From contig JAMWBK010000008.1 of NCBI GenBank assembly GCA_029953675.1, positions 1,984,001 to 2,048,000 of the forward strand: a stretch of 64,000 nucleotides of DNA, given 5' to 3'. Source of the stretch: Rhodosorus marinus CCMP1338. Lineage: Eukaryota > Plantae > Rhodophyta. The position numbers and the translations under genes are program-made. How positions within the stretch are numbered: the first letter of the stretch is position 1; each line of letters begins with the position of its first letter. Under the pieces are notes generated by a model that saw nothing but the letters and a program-made list of their open reading frames with translations, did no database searches and was not told the origin of the DNA. Shown here piece after piece: positions 22,365 to 30,528 of the stretch.

Positions 22365-25300
22365 CTAAGCGCGGCGAAGTACTCGCGCCTCCAACATCAA
22401 AGCGGCATTCATGCGCCACAGCAGGAAACTTAAGCGGGTAAACAACGATTGAAGACGGTCAGGGCGTTCGCGGAACAACTCCCGAAGCCAGCGAGAACCA
22501 ACAGAGTCCATGAACCCAAAGCACTCAATGATCAGGGGTACCAAGCGATGTGCTAGTGCCGAAGCACGAACACCAGGGGAAGACAAAGCCCCCGCGTATT
22601 TGATCTCTTTGCGGCGTCTCATGCTGGCGGCGGCAGATCCACGGCGCTCCCCCGCAGCCGGGAGATAACGACTAGCTTGAGGGTTAGGAACAGCAAGATC
22701 AACGTATGTGGTACGGCGGCTGTCGTCACAGGTGATCACCAGGTCGGCTACACGGCGTTCATCATTTTGAAAGTCCGCGACGGGTAAAGGTTTCTCACGT
22801 TCGATTTCCAGACCGGCTTGCCGGACTATAGGCCGAAGTTCCCGGTATAACAGGTTCAAGATCCGTGTGTGGCGGTGGGTTCGAGCACCTTTCACCGCCG
22901 GGCAACTAGCGAGCAGGTGGGCGCCAAAATCTGCGTTGTCTTCAGTCTGAGAGCAGAGAGGGCACGACGAACCCATCTCGTACGGCCAAGGGGGCTGATG
23001 TAAGCCGAGGTATAAGCGCAGTGAAGTACGCACTTCGAAATCCGACAGTGTGAGTGGCGGAAAGGCTGGTACGGTCATGAGCCACTGAGAGCTAAGAACC
23101 CCTCCAAGACTACGTAGGCGGGCGCGAGCGCGAGAAGATGAGACCATCTGCGCGAGGAGTCGGCCATATGCAGCACGGTGCAAGTCCCAAGAAAGGATAT
23201 CTTGCAGCGCATCCGTGCGTGCTTGAGCTCGGCTCCCAGCGCGCTGGGAATCATCAGGAGGATCAACTGGAACTTCTTCTTCTGCGGCAACCACTGGGTC
23301 AATCTCCCCTAGAACAGGTTCAGGCGCAGGACGAATCCCCGGGGCGGAGCCTCGAGAGCGGTCAAATACAGCTCGCCAGTCAGGAAGACGGGGTTGAACG
23401 GTTTCGGGGAGACTAGTACAGGAATTCAGGGCGGTTTGGAGCTCCAGAAACAAGTCTTGGGCGCTTTCCGGTACGCTGGGAAGCAAGACACCCCGCGAGA
23501 GGCTCGCCATCAAATTGCGGAACTTCGAGATACCCAAGCTGCTCAAAGTGGGAAGTGCGGTTCCCCAGGCCCCTACTGCGGCTGCAGGTTGGACCACAAC
23601 ACGATTGCAGAGGCCCAGTCCCCCCAATCGCAATGGGAGGCCTACCTGGGCGCGCACAACATCACAGGTGGGTCGCGGCAGAGCGCTCAGCTCTTCATCG
23701 AGAAAATATCCCAGGTCACGGAAACTTTCAGCATCCGCACGAGTGGCCAACCACCGGCCCCAATGAGTTGGAAATGAGCGAAGCCAATAGGTTAACCGCT
23801 GACTGCAACAATACCGAAACAGCAACAACGAGCACTGGAGAAAGCCCGGAGGTAGCCGTCGAAGCTCTGCAACCAGCTGTCTGTGCTTACCGAGGAGCTG
23901 CAGCAACTCGCCTTCAACGAAGGACGGCGACCCGTAGGGGATGCCTAAGTGGACAAAACCATCCGGTCTCCAAATATCCTGGAACGACGCAGGTACCTGC
24001 TGCTCTTGTGCAGCTACACCTCCCCAGTAGAACGATTTGTGATGATTAACCTCCAGGTCAACCCGCGAAGCCAAGGAGCGGAGACGATCATAAGCGAGTG
24101 CTAGAGTATCAGGGGGCCCCAGGAGGCACACGTCGTCGTGGTATGCAACCGTACGAACCTGCGGGAATTCGCAGCGAAGACAAAGCAAGACGAGTTGTAG
24201 TCCACAGGCATGTAGGAAAGGGGACAAGGGATCACCCTGTTGTACCCCTGTGCGCGCCGCAAACGTGTGTGAGGAAGCGCCAAGGGTGTCATAGGTAGCC
24301 CCACGACCAAGCGGAGAATAAAGTCTACTAACAAAGGGAAAGCCTACAGGGAAGACTTCGCGCACCACGTGCATGAGAGCCGGACGAGAGACGCGGTTGA
24401 ACGCATTGGTAAAATCTACAGAGAGGAGCCCAGAATCTGGGGAGTACGCCATTTCCGAACGGAGTAAAACAGACAACAACTCACAGCCACCACGATAGCC
24501 CACGCCTAACTGCACGTGCCCAAAGAAACGGCGGGATTCGGGAACCAAGATTTTCACTAACCATCGCGCCGCCAATTTGCGGACCACCTCAACCAGGCCA
24601 ATAGGGCGAATAGCAGGGCTCGAGGCCGTGTGGCCGGGCTTCGAAAGCAGACACAACTGAGAACGCCCGACCAAGAACCACGCACACTCACACAGGGGAT
24701 CACCATTCACAAGCGCTTCGACCACCCACGCCAACGCCTTCAAACCTTCATCACTTAAGAAACGGAGATATTCCACCCGCAGCCCCGAGGGCCCTGGGGA
24801 ACGGCCCTTCGGAGCATCATGAACCAACTCACGCACCGCCTCCAGATTGACCACTAACCGCGCACTGGGATGTGGCGCGGCGCGGTACTCTTCCAACACT
24901 GATTCAAACGAGGAGTCCCAAGGGGAGCCTTCCGAGGGAAAGAGCAAACGGAGCGGTGAAGAAAGATCATCGGAGTATGGAACCACAGGTTGCCGCTGCT
25001 GGAGGATCCCGGCTGCCCGCCGCAGATCACCGCCTGCCACCGCGTGACGCGCCCGATTCTGTCGAGAAGACCTAAAAGCTGAGGGAGCACTAGGAGAAAA
25101 GGAAGAGAGAGAAGCGAAATAAAGACGTTCGAGGTCCTCAAAGTCGCCGGAAAGGAACATTTGCAGTTTTCGGCGAGGGTGGACCCGGCGAGGATGTGGG
25201 TTGAGGGGGACGGTAGAGGAGGTGAGCACGAGGCGGGGAAAAAGAACAAGAGTTCCCAGCGAAGAGAGCAGTGAGGGTTCGCGGGGACCTGCTGCCAGAG

Positions 25301-25507
25301 AAAATCCAACACCAATCCTAGGGGCTTATGAAGTCGACGAGGGAGCCGTACGGCCGTGCTCTGACGACAAAGGGGAAGGGAACCGTCCGGGTAGGAGGCG
25401 ACAAGGTGCGAAAACCACGAGAGAACACGCTCATGCCAGGCTGAGCGGTCACTGGTAAACAGGGGTAACCGGGACGACACGCACGCGGAGGAGGAAGACT
25501 CAGACAT
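22365..25507 (-). CDS. pol: Lineage B ORF2: RT-CCHC-RLE, one frameshift near 25235
   Basis: A 954-aa open frame with IRPIGLVEVVRKL, QLGVGYRGGCE, VDFTNAFN, GVQQGDPLSP, AYHDDV, LPLRLGGLG, CPLC...HLLASC, RTHRH, ADLVI...YVDLAV, KEIKY and ECFG. The N-terminus (MSESSS...) lies in the adjacent frame and aligns to the A ORF2 N-terminus. Confidence 0.92.
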
Positions 25508-26630
25508 CGGGCCTCCCCTCAGTCGGGAAGGCAGATCGAATATCCGGAGGAGGTGCCTCGGAGGGAGGCTCAGGAGCCGCACGACGCTTACGTGGAGGGC
25601 GCACGAAGGAACTAAAAGACCTGAAGAAAGTAGACACAGGGTTTTCAGCAGCGGAGTCTTGACTGAGGGTGTCCAGAGCCAGCGGATTCGGAGAGGCCGA
25701 TGGTGCTTCTGCCATGTCGGTGTCACGAGCCTCGGAGGCAGGGCGAGGGGAGGAAGGGTGCTCAAGAGTCGGCGGCAGAAGGTCAAACGCAGGGTGGGCT
25801 TCCAGCAGGGTGGCCTCAGTGGAGAGGAAGGCCTCTAGCGCGGTGCGGAGGACCCCGCGAGGAGGAAAACGCGCGAAGAGGCTCGCCTGTATGCGCGAGA
25901 GCCGCGCCGCATGAGTGTGTAGCGCGACAACCGAAGCCTGCGAGGCATCCAGGTTTTGCAAGGCCGACGGAGGAACCCAGCCGGCGTCAAAACGATCGAA
26001 CTCGACAAACAAAGAGACATGAGGACGAGTCAGTATCATGTTGGCCAGAGCAGAGCGCTGGGGCGCGGGGGTGGTTACAAGCGATTGAAGGAACTGGTAA
26101 GCCGAGTCAGTAACAAGAAAACAGGCATGAGGGCCCGTGAAGTCCACATATAGGAATTCAGACGGGGCGACCCCAAGGGAGGAAGCCATGGTGTCGCGAA
26201 AATCGCGGTAGTGGACGGGCGCGCGGCCCCGACCACGAGAGGGGGTCTGGGGACGCACGTTCGTCATCCAAACAAAGTGGAACGGAGATAGTTGGCGAGA
26301 AGAGTCAATAGGGATGTGTTGTGGCATCATACGCACCATTGCCGTCGTGCGTTGTTCAGAAGAGCCCCTGCGTAGGACCTGCGAATAGGTCGCACGTGGG
26401 GCACTGGAGGGAGCAGGATTCGGGCCCGACGCGGGCCCAGGAGGCGTCTGTCCTTGAATAGGGGTAGGCCAGTCGGAATCAGGAATGACCGGAGCGGAGC
26501 GCTCGGGTCGGGTGGAGGCAGGCCCCGCTGTACCGTGCGGATCCGCGGGGACGGGCACCGGGGGGTATGGGGCAGGCGCGGAGGCGGAGAAGCGCTCCAA
26601 ATAGGCGATCAGCAGGGGCAGGCGGTGTTC
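25500..26630 (-). CDS. Lineage B ORF1 (N-truncated) with RRM-like core
   Basis: Open frame with a Pro-rich N-part, then FHFVWMTNVRPQT...RDFRDTMASSLG...FVEFDRF (~25989-26282) and RPPRKRR. Homologous to A ORF1. Confidence 0.82.
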   Translation of the reverse strand, partial: EHRLPLLIAYLERFSASAPAPYPPVPVPADPHGTAGPASTRPERSAPVIPDSDWPTPIQGQTPPGPASGPNPAPSSAPRATYSQVLRRGSSEQRTTAMVRMMPQHIPIDSSRQLSPFHFVWMTNVRPQTPSRGRGRAPVHYRDFRDTMASSLGVAPSEFLYVDFTGPHACFLVTDSAYQFLQSLVTTPAPQRSALANMILTRPHVSLFVEFDRFDAGWVPPSALQNLDASQASVVALHTHAARLSRIQASLFARFPPRGVLRTALEAFLSTEATLLEAHPAFDLLPPTLEHPSSPRPASEARDTDMAEAPSASPNPLALDTLSQDSAAENPVSTFFRSFSSFVRPPRKRRAAPEPPSEAPPPDIRSAFPTEGRPDV

Positions 26631-27460
26631 CCGCCTACCACTGCCGCTCGTCTCCGCGGCATGGGAGGCCACCTCTCGCACTTGTGGTTAACCACTCTAC
26701 CGTCGTCAATGAGTCATCGTCTCGATGCTTTCCAGTTCCGTTCTGCCGCACGGATCTATCTCGGTTTCCCACAGGCTCCGTGGCACTCTAATCGGCCGTC
26801 TTTCTGTCAGGGATGTGAGAGCCGGATTGACGCTTGTGGCTACGACTTCCTGGGTTCCTGCGGACTGTTGAGAGGTCTCCGTACGAGGCGTCACACTCGC
26901 CTCAAGTACATCCTCAGCGAATTTTTTGACTCGGATATGGCATACGGTTGAGGTTGAGTCGGAACTGCCGAGATCCATCTCGGACTCTGCACCGCCCCGT
27001 TGTATAGCCGATCTCCTCGTCTCCGACGCTGCTGCCAGACGCTCAACATATGTGGACCTTGCGATTACCTGCCCCGTGGCCAGCGCCCACCTCACCGCAG
27101 CCGCCCGCCGCCGGGGGGCCGCAGCTTCAGCCCTTCGAAGAGTTAAGGAACGACGGTATGCTGAGAGCATGGCCAGTCTGCCTTGTCGCTGAGGGTCGAT
27201 CTCACCGGTTCCAGCCATTCATTGTGGAAAGCTTTGGTCACGTCGATAAGTCGGGTTTAGAGTGGTTGCGGAAATGTTTTGCTGAGCATCCTACTGAATA
27301 TTTGGCGCTCTTGAGGCGTTTAAGTGTCTCCCTTTGGCGATATTCCAGCGACATGCTTTCCGAGGCGCGCCATCGGCGCCTGGGGTTGCATGCTTCCCTC
27401 CCTAGTTATTAGTTCATCTTCACGCCTTGCGTAGCGCTTCAGGCTATGCTAGTAAAGTCG

Positions 27461-28000
27461 GGTAAGCTGTGGTCATTGCGGAGCACCGGGCGATGAAAGT
27501 TTGGGCATCAAAACTGTCCCCGTTGCACGTAGTAGCTATAGGTTGGTGCTGTGGTTGGAAGAAATGGGCACAGGTACCTTGGCCCCCTCTTGTACAGCCT
27601 ACGGGCCTCTTTCCGGCATAGTCGCGTGGGCACTTGTCCTACAACTCTCCGTCGTGAGGGGGTGGAGACCCGGAGGCTCGCCTCGCACAGTATCCACCTC
27701 CGCCAGTTCGTCTTCTCGTATACTCGACTTGCGTCTCTTTAATCGACAGCAAGATTCCACTTACTTCATCCAACTTCCCAACTTTTTTTTTGTTTCCCGT
27801 TTCTACCGAATGTAGAGGCAACTTGTTCCGTGTATTCCAACTATCGAATGTGGCTCTGCAACTTGTTCCAGTTGCTACATTCGGAAGTTGTGCCCCTTTC
27901 TTCCAATCAGAGCACCAACCTATAGCTACTAAGCGCAACGGGGACAGTTTTGATGCCCAAACTTTCATCGCCCGGTGCTCCGCAATGACCACAGCTTACC
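27461..28000. repeat. Fold-back, ~112-bp arms at 27461-27572 and 27889-28000
   Basis: GGTAAGCTGTGGTCATTGCGGAGCACCGGG... and its reverse complement, with a few mismatches. Confidence 0.9.
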
Positions 28001-28514
28001 AGCAACTGGATACCCCACAAGCCGAGATCAGTCGGGTTTTCCACCTTGTGGAAGACCTGTACACTCACGCCACTCGGACGGAAGAGTTGCAGAACCTGAA
28101 CGCCAGACTTCATGACCTCTGCCGCCTGTAAACCCGTAATGCCCCGTGCCAGAGAATGCCAGGAAGCACACGCCCCGACGCACCGCCAACGGCCGCCGGC
28201 TTGAGATTCGCCCCGAGATTCGACAATCAAAAAACCGATGACTGCCACGCCAATCAACTTTTTGATGCCGAATTCCCGGCGCTGCTTGCCGATCGGCCTC
28301 AGCTGCGTCGTGCGACCGGGAGCTATGCTCAGGTGGCTCGAGCTACTACACCTGTGCTTCCTCTTCGGCGTGCTCCTACTTATTCACCCGCTAATGACCT
28401 AACGCAACAGCAAGGTCTGAGGCATCTACATGCAGCAGTCGGTGCTACTACTTGGACGCTTGATACTGGACTTTACTGGACTTGCTCTACTAGCGGACTT
28501 TACTAGCATAGCCT

Positions 28515-28830
28515 CGATACCACACCGGTCTTTGGTACATTTACCAACCTCCGACCTTCCCGCCATCGAAGGGTTAGGAAGACTTGGCCAAGCGGCCCAA
28601 GACTTCATTACCGAAACTACTGACCATCTTGAGCACAAAGCGGATGCGCAAACGCTCGTGCGCAAGGACCTTAATCGAGAGCTATGGCGTGATACGGCTC
28701 GCTTGGCAATCCATGCCATGCGCAAAGGCAATCATGTCCGGACGATGTTCCCTCTAGAAAGTAGTCTTCTACCCCGCCCTGGGGTCTCCTCAGCTTAGCC
28801 TCTCCTGTTTTTCTCTAGTATCTCTAGCGC
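28515..28830 (+). mobile_element. C-terminus of another RLE retrotransposon
   Basis: LPAIEGLGRLGQAAQDFI...LWRDTARLAIHAMRKGNH resembles the RLE C-terminal E.(F/L)G...RGN signature. Confidence 0.5.
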
Positions 28831-28867
28831 TACATTCGGCAGTTGGAATAAATGACACTGTAAAACC

Positions 28868-29262
28868 TGGAAAGGCCCAGTAAGCCCAGTAAGCCCAGGA
28901 AAGCCCAGTAAGCCCAGGAAAGTCCAGTAAAGCCCAGAAAGCCCAGGAAAGTCCAGTAAAGCCCGGTAAAGCCCATAATAAGCCCAGAGTAGAATATGAC
29001 AAGACGAAAGGTAGAAGACAGACTTGGGTTGACTCCCCCGCTCCTTTTTGTCGGGTTTTGTGGCAACAAGCCAAGGAAAGTCCAGGAAAGTCCAGGAAAG
29101 CCCAGTAAGCCCAGGAAAGTCCAGTAAAGCCCAGAAAGCCCAGGAAAGTCCAGTAAAGCCCGGTAAAGCCCATAATAAGCCCAGAGTAGAATATGACAAG
29201 ACGAAAGGTAGAAGACAGACTTGGGTTGACTCCCCCGCTCCTTTTTGTCGGGTTTTGTGGCT
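28868..29262 (+). repeat. (AAAGYCCAGK)n minisatellite within a ~197-bp tandem duplication
   Basis: About 20 degenerate 9-10-mers. GCCCATAATA occurs at 28971 and 29168, and GTCGGGTTTTGTGGC is also repeated at a 197-bp offset. Confidence 0.92.
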
Positions 29263-29397
29263 TGTTGCTCGGGGAATTCTCTTTTCTGGTGTTGTAGCTT
29301 GTTCCCCTGGTTGGTGGTTCGGGATTTTGGTTTTGTTGAGTTAGGTTATGGGGGTTTTGGTCGGGTTTCGGCGGTGAAAAGCCTCCACTTTTGCGGA

Positions 29398-30115
29398 GGC
29401 TCAAACCCTGGCTCTAAAAATCGAAGGCGCTGAGATGGCCAGCCAACCTCTAGAAGGGAGGGAAAACCTTCACCAAAAACGACAACGCCCCATACGACTG
29501 TAAGCAGAGGTACACGTTCGGGCCGCTTCTATCAGCCCCGAAGTCAGGAACTCCGACAGGGGAGAAATGCCCACCTGACCTGCGACTACTGCGGGAAACG
29601 GGGGCATACACAAAGCTTCTGCTGGAATGACCCGGCGAGCGGTGTACAACCCCCTCCCCGGGTGAGGGATGTTCGACGCACCCTCACCCCTTGCGCGCAG
29701 TTAAAAGATCCGCAAGAGTAGGGACCGCCGCCGCTGTTGCTAAGAAAGGCGTTAAGATTCCCTTCAGCAAGGAATGGATGGTGACGGGAATGCTCAATGG
29801 ACAGAGATACCTCTATTGATTGACACTGGTAGCAGCCATTCAGTCTTAAGAGGGGTCCCTGACGCCACACCAATTTACCCCACAACGCACGGGAAATTGG
29901 ACACTGCCGCACCGGGAGCATCAATAGAAATCTTGGGTGCGGTAAACGAACCTGTACAATTTTTATTTTTTTTTGGGAGGCCACGCATTCAAGTGGGAAC
30001 CCTGTGTCGTCAGAGAAGCCGCAAGTTCGGGCTATTTGGGACAGGACTTCTTAGAGTACCAAGCGCAGATTGACTTAACGAGTCGTACTTTGATTTTACA
30101 AACCGACAACGAAGA
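29398..30115 (+). pseudogene. Ty3/gypsy gag C-terminus plus aspartic protease, frameshifted
   Basis: ALKIEGAE matches the gag at 1.7-2.3 kb. Also CDYCGKRGHTQSFC (CCHC), LLIDTGSSHS (protease) and LGQDFLEYQAQIDL. Confidence 0.85.
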
Positions 30116-30342
30116 ATGGAGAATATGAACGAGGAAAAATATGAAGAGAATAATGAAGCGGAATTCACCGACAATGATGAAGAAAAATGAGAAAACCAGA
30201 ACCACAACGAACAAAAAGCTGGAAAACACTTCACCGAAGATTCAGATTGCGGGAGCAACCACAACAAAGGAAAATATAAAGACCTCGCCGATGATCAAGA
30301 ACGAAGGAGTAATCACGATGGAGTTGCGTAGATACTGGATTT

Positions 30343-30371
30343 CAGCCTCCGATTAAACCATTCGTTCGTTC
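30343..30371 (+). mobile_element. 29-bp lineage B 3'-tip insertion with 12-bp TSD
   Basis: GATACTGGATTT (30331-30342), then CAGCCTCCGATTAAACCATTCGTTCGTTC, then GATACTGGATTT (30372-30383). Confidence 0.92.
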
Positions 30372-30528
30372 GATACTGGATTTTGTGTTGTGGTGGGTTT
30401 TAGTGGTTTTTTTTTTTTGGTTTTGGTGGCATAGGCTGTTGGTCTAATCGCGGAATTCTCCTTGTTTTAGCCTTGCCTATCGCTTTAGGCTATGCTTGAA
30501 AAGCCCGAAAACCCCAGTGGTTAGTATA

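Larger units (their letters stand above)
22312..26630 (-). mobile_element. Lineage B RLE retrotransposon, 5'-truncated and near intact, 9-bp TSD
   Basis: TSD CCGCCTACC at 22303-22311 and 26631-26639. The 3' end reads ...CAGCCTCCGATTAAACCATTCGTTC. Carries ORF1 and ORF2. Confidence 0.95.
18923..27459 (+). mobile_element. Lineage A RLE retrotransposon, 5'-truncated and split by the B insertion
   Basis: Order is ORF1, ORF2 RT, [B insert 22312-26630], CCHC/RLE, 3' UTR and TAGTAAAGTC tail. The sequence rejoins across the duplicated CCGCCTACC. Confidence 0.93.

Noticed and set aside
25225-25245. Programmed -1 frameshift in B ORF2 (T TTC CCC)
   Set aside because: The heptamer is non-canonical (Y = C) and lineage A is continuous at the homologous position. 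A 1-bp deletion or homopolymer error is simpler.
28790-29404. ORFs with GFTGLSWA repeats as real proteins
   Set aside because: They are translations of the 10-mer minisatellite.
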